From the NCBI RefSeq assembly GCF_900128735.1, contig NZ_LT667503.1:30001-62000 (forward strand): 32,000 nucleotides of DNA, given 5' to 3'. The stretch is from Candidatus Saccharimonadota bacterium. GTDB taxonomy: Bacteria > Pseudomonadota > Gammaproteobacteria > Enterobacterales > Enterobacteriaceae. The notes beneath the pieces were generated by a model, which did no database searches, had not been told where the DNA came from, and was given only the letters and a program-made list of their open reading frames with translations. How positions within the stretch are numbered: the stretch's first letter is position 1; the number at the start of each line of letters is the position of its first letter. The position numbers were made by a program, and so were the translations under genes. Shown one piece after another: positions 1 through 9,185 of this stretch.

Positions 1-257
1 TTAGATTCTTTTAGACCTAATCCTGTTACGCTACGAATAATTTTGATTACTGCGACTTTATTTTTTCCTATTTCATTTAGTTTTACATTAAATTCAGTCT
101 TTTCTTCTATTTTTTTTGAAGAGATTTCATTTGTAGAATTTAACGGCATTGCGGATGATACATTAAATTTTTTTTCTATTTCAGAAATTAATTTTGTAAT
201 ATTTTGTATAGACATTTCAGATAAAGCATTAAGTATTTGTTCGTTAGTTAGTGACAT
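1..257 (-). CDS. rplL: 50S ribosomal protein L7/L12, N-terminal 85 codons; the 3' end runs off the left edge of the window
   Basis: Hand translation of the reverse strand from the ATG (complement of 255-257) gives MSLTNEQILNALSEMSIQNITKLISEIEKKFNVSSAMPLN...KVAVIKIIRSVTGLGLKES. This matches the L7/L12 N-terminal domain, hinge and start of the C-terminal domain (E. coli ..GLGLKEAK). An AGGA lies about 10 nt upstream. It follows rplJ as in the rplKAJL cluster. It is absent from the ORF track because it is open at the edge. Confidence 0.9.
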   Translation of the reverse strand, partial: MSLTNEQILNALSEMSIQNITKLISEIEKKFNVSSAMPLNSTNEISSKKIEEKTEFNVKLNEIGKNKVAVIKIIRSVTGLGLKES

Positions 258-303
258 AATATTATTCCTAATAATTATAAAATATAATTTTTAATAGTTA
301 TAT

Positions 304-798
304 TTAAATTTTTTTAATTTTATAAATAGAATTTAATACATTTAATAATTTTCCTACAGCAGCTGTTTTTAATGTTAAAATTAGTTTGATTAATATTTCA
401 TTATAAGTTGGAAGTATAGCTAACTGTTCAATCTCTTGAAAAGATAATATTTTTTCTTCAAATATTGCTTTTGTAATTTTGAATCTTGTATTTTTTTCAG
501 TGAATTTTTTGAATAGTCGGCTAGCGCTACCTGGATGTTGCATAGAAAAAGCGATTAATGTAGGCCCTTTTAAAGTGTCACTTAATTTTGAGAATTTAGT
601 ATTTTTTAGAGATTTTTTTAGTAGCGTATTTCTTATAACAGACATTTCGATATTTAATGAACGAGCCTTTTTTCTTAAGTCATTCATTTCATTTACTTGA
701 ATATTTGATATATCAGCAGTGATAGCAGATAATGCAAATTTAGCGATGTTATGATTTTTTTTTATAATTTTTTTTTTATTTTTTAATTTTAACATCAT
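304..798 (-). CDS. rplJ: 50S ribosomal protein L10
   Basis: The ORF 304..822 aligns along its full length with E. coli L10 (GPTLIAFSMQHPGSASRLFKKF vs [28 protein letters not shown] vs LPTYEE). I place the start at the ATGATG at 798/795 because AAGGA (complement of 807-811) sits 8 nt upstream and the length then matches about 165 aa. The ATG at 822 is the alternative. Confidence 0.92.
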   Translation of the reverse strand: MMLKLKNKKKIIKKNHNIAKFALSAITADISNIQVNEMNDLRKKARSLNIEMSVIRNTLLKKSLKNTKFSKLSDTLKGPTLIAFSMQHPGSASRLFKKFTEKNTRFKITKAIFEEKILSFQEIEQLAILPTYNEILIKLILTLKTAAVGKLLNVLNSIYKIKKI

Positions 799-1009
799 GT
801 TATTATCCTTTTTTATTATCATATAAAATTTTTATAATTTTTAGATATTTTAAAGTTAGGGTATTAAAATCTTTTTTAAAAACTATAATAAGATAAATAT
901 TTTTTATAGTTGATTTTATTGATTTATGTAATACCAGTTAATTTTTTTAAGTTAACTTTTTTCTTTGATATATAAGGATAATGATTATATAAAATATATT
1001 GTATAAATT

Positions 1010-1699
1010 TTATAAAGAAAGATGGTCAATAGTTATTCCGGGACCCATAGTAGTAGATAAACTGATTTTTTTACAATAAATTCCTTTAGATTGATTGTTT
1101 TTAGATTTTTTAATAGCATTAAATAATATTTGCAAATTTTGATATAATTTTTTTTCAGAAAAGTTTATTTTACCAAAACTACTATGTATTATCCCATTTT
1201 TATCATTCTTGTAATTTACTTTTCCTATTTTTGCTTCTTCTATTGATTTTTTTATATCTTCGGTAACAGTTCCAAATTTAGGATTTGGCATTATACCTCG
1301 CGGTCCTAGAATAGGTCCTAATTTACTAACTATTTTCATGGTATCTGGAGATGCAATAATAATATCAAATACTATTTTTTTATTTTTAATAATATCTGCT
1401 AGATCTTCGGTGCCAACAGCGTCTACATTTAATGATTTGGCTATTTCTGCATTTTTTCCTGTAGCAAAAACCGCAATTTTTGATTTTTTTCCTGTTCCAT
1501 GTGGCAGTAATATGGATCCACGGATATTTTGTTCAGATTTTTTAGTATTTATATTCAGATAAAAAGCTGCATCGATACTTTCATTAAATTTAGCAAGTTT
1601 TAGTTGTTTTAAAAAATTTATTCCATTTTTTGCGGAATATAATTTATTTTTTTTTATTTTTTGTTGATTTTGTTTCTTTTTTTTAGATAATTTTTTCAT
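1010..1699 (-). CDS. rplA: 50S ribosomal protein L1
   Basis: The 229-aa product is colinear with E. coli L1 (NIRGSILLPHGTGK, IIASPDTMKIVSKLGPILGPRGIMPNPK, YKNDKNGIIHSSFGK). It starts 3 nt after the rplK stop. Confidence 0.95.
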   Translation of the reverse strand: MKKLSKKKKQNQQKIKKNKLYSAKNGINFLKQLKLAKFNESIDAAFYLNINTKKSEQNIRGSILLPHGTGKKSKIAVFATGKNAEIAKSLNVDAVGTEDLADIIKNKKIVFDIIIASPDTMKIVSKLGPILGPRGIMPNPKFGTVTEDIKKSIEEAKIGKVNYKNDKNGIIHSSFGKINFSEKKLYQNLQILFNAIKKSKNNQSKGIYCKKISLSTTMGPGITIDHLSL

Positions 1700-1702
1700 A
1701 TA

Positions 1703-2134
1703 TTATTCCTTTATCACTTTAATGCCCATAGAATAAGCAGTTCCTTCAATAGATTTTGCTATTTTTTCGATATTTTTTCCTGTCATATCTTGTTGTTTTA
1801 ATTTAGCGATTTCATAGATTTTATTTTTTGTTATGGTGCCTATGATTTCATGTTTTGGTTTTTTAGATCCCGTTTTAATATTTATTTCTTTTTTTAATAA
1901 AATTGATGCTGGTGGAGTTTTTATAATAAATGTAAATGTTTTGTCTGCAAAGACTGTAATAATAACTGGCGTTGGAATTCCTTTTTCAAGATGGGCGGTT
2001 TTTGCATTAAAAATTTTACAAAATTCCATGATATTTACTCCTTTTTGACCTAATGCTGGTCCTACTGGAGGACTGGGATTAGCCATTCCAGATAATATTT
2101 GTAACTTTATTTTTGTATTTGTTTTTTTTATCAT
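1703..2134 (-). CDS. rplK: 50S ribosomal protein L11
   Basis: [25 protein letters not shown] is nearly identical to E. coli L11. The ATG at 2134 ([20 protein letters not shown]) puts the conserved motif at the same offset as in E. coli. The ORF-track start at 2149 adds 5 residues and has no SD. Confidence 0.93.
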   Translation of the reverse strand: MIKKTNTKIKLQILSGMANPSPPVGPALGQKGVNIMEFCKIFNAKTAHLEKGIPTPVIITVFADKTFTFIIKTPPASILLKKEINIKTGSKKPKHEIIGTITKNKIYEIAKLKQQDMTGKNIEKIAKSIEGTAYSMGIKVIKE

Positions 2135-2223
2135 ATATTTTCCAGACATTTTTGATGATTTTTTTTATCTTTTTAAATTAAGGAAGTTTTACATTTTTTA
2201 AATGAATTATTATCTTTTTCTCT

Positions 2224-2766
2224 TTAGTTGTTTTTTTCTACCTGTTCAAAATTTAATTCAACAGGAGTAGATCTGCCAAAGATTGAAACAGAAACCTTTA
2301 ATCGGTTTTTTTCATAATCTATTGTTTCAACGACACCGTTAAAGTCTGAAAAAGGACCATCATTAACACGTACATTTTCGCCAGGTTCAAAAATAGTTTT
2401 TGGTCTAGGTTTATTACCAATTTTTTTTAGTTTAATTAGAATTTTGTTTATTTCTTTTTCACTGATGGGAGCTGGTTTATCAGAAGTTCCTCCGATGAAA
2501 CCTAAAACTTTTGGTAAGTCTCGAATTAAATGCCAACTGAAATTACTCATTACCATGTTAATTAATATATAGCCTGGAAAGAATTTATAATCGCTTTTTA
2601 TTCTCTTTCCTTTTTTTATTTCAATCACTTCTTCAGAAGGAATCATAATTTTTCCAATGATATCTTCTAATTTTTTTAATTTGATGTGTTCTTTTATTGA
2701 TTGTGCAACACGATTTTCAAAGCCGGAAAAAGATTGTAATACATACCATTTTTTTTTTGCACACAT
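2224..2766 (-). CDS. nusG: Transcription termination/antitermination factor NusG
   Basis: The 180-aa product is colinear with E. coli NusG ([68 protein letters not shown]). Confidence 0.95.
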   Translation of the reverse strand: MCAKKKWYVLQSFSGFENRVAQSIKEHIKLKKLEDIIGKIMIPSEEVIEIKKGKRIKSDYKFFPGYILINMVMSNFSWHLIRDLPKVLGFIGGTSDKPAPISEKEINKILIKLKKIGNKPRPKTIFEPGENVRVNDGPFSDFNGVVETIDYEKNRLKVSVSIFGRSTPVELNFEQVEKNN

Positions 2767-2789
2767 ACCATTTTTATAACCTCAACTAA

Positions 2790-3167
2790 CTAAATAATCC
2801 ATGATATTAAATGCATTAAAAAATTATCTAATACCCATAAAATTAATGATAATAGTATTGTAATAATAATGACAATTGCAGTAGTTTTTAGGGAATCTAT
2901 TTTTTTTGGTACAATAATATTATTTAATTCTCTTGTAGATTCTTGAAGAAAAATAAAACATTTTTTCCAGATTTTTGTATTAAATAATATACATATACAG
3001 AAGATTATTAAGAGGACATTTATTACAATATGTACTATATTTAAATTTGTTTTTTTTGGAAGTGAATTATTTTTTAAAAAAATAATAAATATTAACAAAA
3101 TATTGAACCATTTGATTTTTTCTATATGATGATGTATATATTTTTTATAAATTTTTCGAATATACAT
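2790..3167 (-). CDS. secE: Preprotein translocase subunit SecE
   Basis: The 125-aa product has three hydrophobic segments. Its C-terminal part ESTRELNNIIVPKKIDSLKTTAIVIIITILLSLILWVLD aligns with E. coli [39 protein letters not shown]. It sits directly upstream of nusG. Confidence 0.88.
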   Translation of the reverse strand: MYIRKIYKKYIHHHIEKIKWFNILLIFIIFLKNNSLPKKTNLNIVHIVINVLLIIFCICILFNTKIWKKCFIFLQESTRELNNIIVPKKIDSLKTTAIVIIITILLSLILWVLDNFLMHLISWII

Positions 3168-3359
3168 ATTTTGAACCTTAAAAAAGAAAATGGTTTTTAT
3201 AAAACGATTATATTTTTAAAAAAAAATTTATATAAAGAGTTTTTATTTTTTCAATCTATATATATTTTTTATTTAAAAGTATTTTAATTTATAATAGTGA
3301 TTTTTTTTTGATATATATAAGAAGTTTATAGATTTTTTCGGAGAAATTTTTATTTTTTT

Positions 3360-3433
3360 TGCTGATACCTAGATTTGAACTAGGGACCTCATCCCTACCA
3401 TGGATGCGCTCTGCCGAGCTGAGCTATATCAGC
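3360..3433 (-). tRNA. thrT: tRNA-Thr (anticodon GGU), 74 nt, no encoded CCA
   Basis: The reverse complement is GCTGATATAGCTCAGCTCGGCAGAGCGCATCCATGGTAGGGATGAGGTCCCTAGTTCAAATCTAGGTATCAGCA. It folds as a cloverleaf with a 7-bp acceptor stem and anticodon arm CATCC/ATGGTAG/GGATG. The discriminator A is followed by AAAA. Confidence 0.95.
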
Positions 3434-3443
3434 GTGTTTTTTT

Positions 3444-3515
3444 AGCGGGCAGTGGGAATTGAACCCACATAATCAGCTTGGAAGGCTGAAGTAATATCCA
3501 TTATACGATGCCCGC
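3444..3515 (-). tRNA. glyT: tRNA-Gly (anticodon UCC), 72 nt, no encoded CCA
   Basis: The reverse complement is GCGGGCATCGTATAATGGATATTACTTCAGCCTTCCAAGCTGATTATGTGGGTTCAATTCCCACTGCCCGCT. This is nearly identical to E. coli glyT as I recall it. The anticodon loop is CTTCCAA. Confidence 0.95.
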
Positions 3516-3540
3516 ATTATAAAAAATATAGATATTTTTT

Positions 3541-3622
3541 TGGTGGGAGAAGGATTCGAACCTTCGAAGTCTATGACATCAGATTTACAGTCTGCTCCCT
3601 TTAACCACTCGGGCATCCCACC
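3541..3622 (-). tRNA. tyrU: tRNA-Tyr (anticodon GUA), 82 nt with a long variable arm, no encoded CCA
   Basis: The reverse complement is GGTGGGATGCCCGAGTGGTTAAAGGGAGCAGACTGTAAATCTGATGTCATAGACTTCGAAGGTTCGAATCCTTCTCCCACCA. The anticodon loop is CTGTAAA. The terminal A is the discriminator and is followed by AAAAAA. Confidence 0.95.
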
Positions 3623-3624
3623 TT

Positions 3625-3697
<73 letters not shown>

Positions 3698-3745
3698 TTT
3701 TTTATCATATTTAATAAAAATTTTTTTGTTATTAAATAATATTTA

Positions 3746-3775
3746 ATTATATGTATGTAATTAAATAAAAGTCAA
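3746..3775 (-). promoter_or_regulatory. Candidate sigma-70 promoter of the thrU-tyrU-glyT-thrT operon
   Basis: The minus strand reads TTGACT (3775-3770), an 18-nt spacer, then TATAAT (3751-3746). This lies about 45-50 nt upstream of the tRNA-Thr(UGU) 5' end. A G/C-containing -35 hexamer stands out in an otherwise nearly pure A/T spacer. The same hexamer pair recurs upstream of the tRNA-Val operon. Confidence 0.55.
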
Positions 3776-4176
3776 CTTATTTTTTTTTTTTTAAAAAATA
3801 TCTTTAATATTTAAAAATACTTTTTTTTAAAGAAAACAGAAAATATTTATTTTTTTACGTAATTTGTATAGTTTATTTTTTTCTAAAAATGAATATTTAT
3901 AAATCTTCAATAGCATTAATATTTTAAGATATGAGGTTTTTTATTAAAATTAATTTAATTCAATAACTAAAATTTTTTATATAAATAGAGATTTTTATGC
4001 AATATATTTAGATAAAATTTTTTTACTACTTCCGTTTATTTTTAAAAGTATTTCTTTTTTTATATTATAAGCTCTATATAATATATATAGGATATCTTTT
4101 TTAAAAAATGATATCAATCATTATATTTTTTAATATTTAGCATTTATGAATAAAATTATTATGATAATACATTGGG

Positions 4177-5064
4177 GTGTTTATGTGGCATAGAAAGATA
4201 AATTTAATTAAAGAAAAGTATAATATATCAAATTTAAAAAATAAAATAAAAGTTTCTTTTGAATTTTTTCCACCTAAAAATACTATAATTGATTCATTAT
4301 TTATTAATTCGATAAGAGAATTAAAAAATTTTAATCCAGATTTTTTTTCTGTTACGCATAGTGTGAATACAAAAAATAAAAAAGATACGTCGATTGTAGT
4401 TCAAGAGATACGACGGATAGCTTCAAATATTACTGTAGCTCCTCATTTAACTAGTATTGGTTATACAGTTATGGATTTGAAAAATATTGCTGAAAAATAT
4501 TGGCAAGATGGAATAAGAAATATTATTGCTCTACGAGGAGATTTTCCTCTTAAATATCAAGGTCCTAAGATATATGCTGTAGATTTAATAAAACAATTAA
4601 AAAATGTTGCTAATTTTAAGATCTTTGTTGCCGCATACCCTGAAATTCATCCAGAATCTATAAATTTAAAGGATGATCTTATGAATTTAAAAAATAAAAT
4701 GGATGTTGGAGCGGAACATGCTATTACGCAATTTTTTTTTGATGTAGAAAAATTTTTACGATTTCGTGATAATTGTTATAAAAATAATATCAATATTGAT
4801 ATCATTCCAGGTATTTTGCCCATTTTAGATATTCAACAATTAGAAAAATTTTCAAATATGACTAATGTATATGTCCCAAAATATATTTTGAAAAAATTTC
4901 ATCAACATATTAAAAACAATAAAAAATGTATTTCTATGAGTATTAATATAGCTGTTAATATTATTTTAAAATTATACCAAGAAGGGATTAAAAAATTTCA
5001 TTTGTATACATTAAATCGTTCAGAATTAAGTTTAGGTATTTGTCAACGATTAGGGTTGTTATAA
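4177..5064 (+). CDS. metF: 5,10-methylenetetrahydrofolate reductase
   Basis: The product is colinear with E. coli MetF (VSFEFFPPKN, APHLTSIG, IRNIIALRGD, VAAYPEIHPES, ITQFFFDVEKFLRFRD, IIPGILPI, FHLYTLNR). The ORF-track start is GTG at 4177. The ATG at 4183 is an equally plausible start. Confidence 0.93.
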   Translation: MFMWHRKINLIKEKYNISNLKNKIKVSFEFFPPKNTIIDSLFINSIRELKNFNPDFFSVTHSVNTKNKKDTSIVVQEIRRIASNITVAPHLTSIGYTVMDLKNIAEKYWQDGIRNIIALRGDFPLKYQGPKIYAVDLIKQLKNVANFKIFVAAYPEIHPESINLKDDLMNLKNKMDVGAEHAITQFFFDVEKFLRFRDNCYKNNINIDIIPGILPILDIQQLEKFSNMTNVYVPKYILKKFHQHIKNNKKCISMSINIAVNIILKLYQEGIKKFHLYTLNRSELSLGICQRLGLL

Positions 5065-6071
5065 ATTAGATGCGGTATTATATATCAAAAATTTTTTAGT
5101 TTTATTTTTTTTTCAAAAAATAAAAAATAAATATTTTAAAATTTTTTCTTTATATTATACATATTTTTAATATTTAAATAATATTAATATTATTAAATAA
5201 ATATATTTACTATTTAATTTTGTTTTTTATTAAGTAAAATTTATTATTAATATAATATATAAAATCATTTATATCTTTACATTTCTGAAAAAGTTTAATA
5301 ATTATTATTAATAATTTTTTTTTCAAGCTATAGAGTAGAGACTGAGATTGATTTGGTTAAAAAAATAAAGATATTTTTATAAATTTTTTAAAAAAAATAT
5401 TTCAAGATTTTTAAAATAATTATTATTTCAATTGTATTAAAATTATGATTTATATATTTATTGATATATTAAATTTTTTTTTAAAAAAAAATGAAAAGTT
5501 AAACTATATTTTTATATTTTTTTTATTCGATGTCTTTAAGATACAATTTATTTTTTTTATCAATATTTAGTTAATTTTTATAAAGTAATTATTTATTTAA
5601 TTTAGATAAATTAATAGATGCTATTAAAATTATAGATTAACATAAATTTTAAAACAATAATTTTTATTAAGAAAAATATCTTCTAAAAATTTAAGAATTT
5701 ACTAAAGTAGAGAGGGGTATTTTTTTAAATAAAAAAATTGATTGTTATAATTTATTTCACATTCTATTTTTAAAAAAAAATGATAAAAAAAATATTTAGT
5801 AATGGCAACAATATTTTTTATTATTTGAAAAGTATAATAATTTATTGATTTTTTTATTTTTTAGATAAAAAAGATAAATGAATTTTTTTCAACATATATA
5901 TAAAAAAATATATCTAAATGATAAAATTTATATATTATTATAAATATAATATTCTTTAGCACTTATATAAATATTAAAAATTTTTTTATTATTATAAATA
6001 GTTGTGATATTTTTATTAATTTTTATTAAAAAATATATTTATTTTAAGTTAAAAAATGAATAGGAAAAAAA

Positions 6072-7289
6072 ATGCTTATAAAAAATGATAAAAAAGAAAT
6101 AATTGTTTTAGCGTATTCAGGGGGACTAGATACATCTGCAATTATTCCATGGATTAAAGAAAATTATAATTTTGATGTTATAGCTTTTGTTGCTGATGTT
6201 GGCCAATCAAGAAGTGATTTAAAAAATATAAAAAAGAAAGCTATTTTATCTGGGGCTTTAGATTGTTATATTGCCGATTTAAGACATGAATTTGTAGAAA
6301 AATATGTTTATCCAATGTTATCGGTAGGCGCTTTATATGAAGGAAATTATTTATTAGGAACTGCAATAGCTCGACCTATCATAGCAAAGGCGCAAGTAAA
6401 ATATGCTCATCAAATAAACGCTATCGGGTTGAGTCATGGAGCAACAGGAAAAGGTAATGATCAGGTAAGGTTTGAATTAGCTTATGCTTCCTTGGATTCT
6501 TTTCTTCAGGTGATAGCTCCTTGGCGTGAATGGAAATTTCGTTCTAGAGAAGATTTATTAAAATATTTGCAAGAAAAAAATATTAGTACTACCGCTAGTA
6601 TTTCTAAAATATATAGTAAGGATGAAAATATTTTTCATATTTCTACTGAAGGAGGTATTTTAGAAGATCCATGGAATATTGCGAATGATGATTGCTGGAC
6701 ATGGACTACAAATCCTTATTCTGCTCCAAATAATCCTGAAAAAATTTGTTTGTCAATTAAAAAAGGTTGTGTCATATCTATTAACGGAGAGTCGTTAAAC
6801 CCGTATAATTGTTTGAAAAAATTAAATAAATTAGGCTCTAAACATGGCATTGGGCGTATTGATATTGTAGAAAATCGTTTAGTAGGTATGAAATCACGAG
6901 GTTGTTATGAAACACCTGGAGGAACTATTATTTTTTTAGCTCTTAGAGCATTAGAACAGTTAGTTTTGGATCGTGAAAGTATCCAATGGAAAAGTAAAAT
7001 AGCTTTAGAGATGTCAACCTTGATTTATGATGGCCGTTGGTTTACTCCCTTAAAAGATGCGCTTCAAAAATCTTCAGATGTTTTTTCAAAATTTATTGAA
7101 GGCGAAGTAGTAATTGAATTATATAAAGGTTCTGTCATTATTTTAAAAAAACGTTCTTGTAATTCTTTATATTCTTCTGAGTACGCTACCTTTAGTGATG
7201 ATCAGGTATATAATCAAAAAGACGCTCAAGGGTTTATTCGTTTATTTTCGTTATCTTCACGTATTCGAATGTTAAAAAATAAAAAATAA
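6072..7289 (+). CDS. argG: Argininosuccinate synthase (short, about 400-aa type)
   Basis: It has the N-type ATP pyrophosphatase motif AYSGGLDTS, plus GATGKGNDQVRFE, ENRLVGMKSRGCYETPGG and DGRWFTP. An AGGA lies about 9 nt upstream of the ATG. Confidence 0.93.
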   Translation: MLIKNDKKEIIVLAYSGGLDTSAIIPWIKENYNFDVIAFVADVGQSRSDLKNIKKKAILSGALDCYIADLRHEFVEKYVYPMLSVGALYEGNYLLGTAIARPIIAKAQVKYAHQINAIGLSHGATGKGNDQVRFELAYASLDSFLQVIAPWREWKFRSREDLLKYLQEKNISTTASISKIYSKDENIFHISTEGGILEDPWNIANDDCWTWTTNPYSAPNNPEKICLSIKKGCVISINGESLNPYNCLKKLNKLGSKHGIGRIDIVENRLVGMKSRGCYETPGGTIIFLALRALEQLVLDRESIQWKSKIALEMSTLIYDGRWFTPLKDALQKSSDVFSKFIEGEVVIELYKGSVIILKKRSCNSLYSSEYATFSDDQVYNQKDAQGFIRLFSLSSRIRMLKNKK

Positions 7290-7310
7290 TATTTTTTTTG
7301 GAGTTAATAT

Positions 7311-8702
7311 ATGTCGCTTTGGGGCGGAAGATTTACAGAAGTTTCTCAGAAACAATTTAAAATATTTAATCGTTCCTTATCGGTTGATTATCGTTTAGTT
7401 GAAGAAGACATCGAATCTTCGATTGCGTGGTCAAAAATGTTATATGAGACTGGAGTTTTAACAGATCAAGAACAAAATTTAATAGAAAAAACTTTATCTG
7501 ATATTTTAAAGCATCATACTCATGATATTAATTCTATTTTATCTTCTGATGCAGAAGATATACATAGTTGGTTAGAAAAAATATTAATAGATAAAATAGG
7601 TTCTTTAGGAAAAAAATTATATACAGGTCGAAGTAGAAACGATCAGATTGCTACTAATTTAAAGTTATGGTGTAAAAAAAAATTACGTAATATTTATCTA
7701 TTAATTATTCAATTACAATGTAAATTTTTAAAACAAGCTACCATTCATCTGCATACTATTATGCCGGGATATACTCATTTACAAAGAGCTCAACCAATTA
7801 CATTTTCTTATTGGTGTCTTGCGTATATTGAAATGTTTGAACGAGATAGAAAGAAAGTTAAACAAACATTAAAAAATCTTGATTATTCCCCTTTAGGGTG
7901 CGGTGCTATTTCAGGAACTTCGTGGTTTATTGATAGAAAAAAATTAGCAAAATTAATGGGTTTTTCGAATTGTACCAAGAATGCATTAGATAGTGTTTCA
8001 GATAGGGATTTTATTTTAGAAATTTTATCTGTTGCATGTATTAGTATGATGCATTTATCTAGATTTTCTGAAGATTTAATTTTTTATAATTCAGGTGAAG
8101 CTAATTTTGTTTGCTTATCTGACTCCATTACTTCCGGTTCTTCATTAATGCCTCAAAAAAAGAATCCGGATATTTTAGAGCTAATTAGAGGTAAATGTAG
8201 CTCGGTATATGGTTCTTTATTTTCTGTTTTTACTTTATTAAAAGGGTTACCTTTAGCATATAATAAAGATCTTCAAGAAGATAAAAAAAATTTATTTTCT
8301 GCATTAGATACCTGGGAAGAATGTTTGATAATGGCGTCGGTGGTATTAAGAAATATTACAGTAAATATTGACATTTGTAGAGTTGCAGCAGAAAAAGGTT
8401 ATAGTAATGCAACAGAAGTAGCAGATTACTTAGTTAATAAGGGGTTATCATTTCGTGATGCCCATGATATTGTTGGAAAAATTGTTATAGAGGCTATAAA
8501 TTTAAATCAATCTTTGGTAGAATTAGATTTATTAGTATATAAAAAATATCATCCTTTTTTTTCTCAAGATATTTATCAAATTTTAACTTTAACTTCTTGT
8601 TTAGATAAAAAAAATTCTTATGGTGGAGCATCTTTTCAACAGACTCAATTAGCTATAGTTTCAGTTGAAAAAAGATTAAAAAAATTAAAACAATACATTT
8701 AA
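7311..8702 (+). CDS. argH: Argininosuccinate lyase
   Basis: MSLWGGRFTE..., TGRSRNDQIATNLKLW, MPGYTHLQRAQPITF and the signature SGSSLMPQKKNPD are colinear with E. coli ArgH. An SD-like TGGAG lies 8 nt upstream. Confidence 0.95.
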   Translation: MSLWGGRFTEVSQKQFKIFNRSLSVDYRLVEEDIESSIAWSKMLYETGVLTDQEQNLIEKTLSDILKHHTHDINSILSSDAEDIHSWLEKILIDKIGSLGKKLYTGRSRNDQIATNLKLWCKKKLRNIYLLIIQLQCKFLKQATIHLHTIMPGYTHLQRAQPITFSYWCLAYIEMFERDRKKVKQTLKNLDYSPLGCGAISGTSWFIDRKKLAKLMGFSNCTKNALDSVSDRDFILEILSVACISMMHLSRFSEDLIFYNSGEANFVCLSDSITSGSSLMPQKKNPDILELIRGKCSSVYGSLFSVFTLLKGLPLAYNKDLQEDKKNLFSALDTWEECLIMASVVLRNITVNIDICRVAAEKGYSNATEVADYLVNKGLSFRDAHDIVGKIVIEAINLNQSLVELDLLVYKKYHPFFSQDIYQILTLTSCLDKKNSYGGASFQQTQLAIVSVEKRLKKLKQYI

Positions 8703-8736
8703 AATTTAATGATATTAAAATAAAAATTTTTTTTTA

Positions 8737-8770
8737 AATCACGCGATTTTTATCGCGTGATTATTTAATT
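8737..8770 (+). terminator. Intrinsic terminator-like hairpin downstream of argH
   Basis: A perfect 11-bp G/C-containing stem AATCACGCGAT (8737-8747) / ATCGCGTGATT (8752-8762) has a 4-nt TTTT loop. It begins 35 nt after the argH stop and is followed by ATTTAATT. Confidence 0.65.
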
Positions 8771-9185
8771 AATATCCATATTAAAATTTTTTTTATTTAA
8801 TTATTTAATAGCGATGTAGTTTTCTTTTTTTACATTTGAATTTCATAAATAATACAAATCTTTTTTTTATATCAAATATATATTATATAAAATAAAAGCT
8901 TATTTTTTATTTTTTTAGTTAAAAAAAATTTCTTTTAATATATATGAAGAAATACCATGAATATGGTTTCTTTTATTTTTTTTTAAACAATATAATAAGT
9001 TATCTTGCGAAGAAATAATAAATATTTTTTTATTAGAATTTATAAATTTATCTAATTAATTAATATCAGAATATTTATTCTGAAGAGTATATATTAATAA
9101 TATACCTTTTAAGATTAAATAATCATATTATTATTACTATAAATTAAATATTTTTAAGATAGTTATTAATATATACTTTATATTT

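Noticed and set aside
799-822. Longer starts offered by the ORF track for rplJ (822) and rplK (2149), and the ATG at 17022 versus 17034 for ligA.
   Set aside because: For rplJ and rplK, homology offsets and SD placement favour the internal ATGs (798 and 2134). For ligA the choice is unresolved, so I kept the track coordinate.
6055-6065. AATGAATAGGA upstream of argG, resembling half of an ARG box (TGAAT).
   Set aside because: It is only a half-site with no dyad partner, and it overlaps the SD. A/T-rich half-sites are expected by chance here, and there is no evidence for ArgR.
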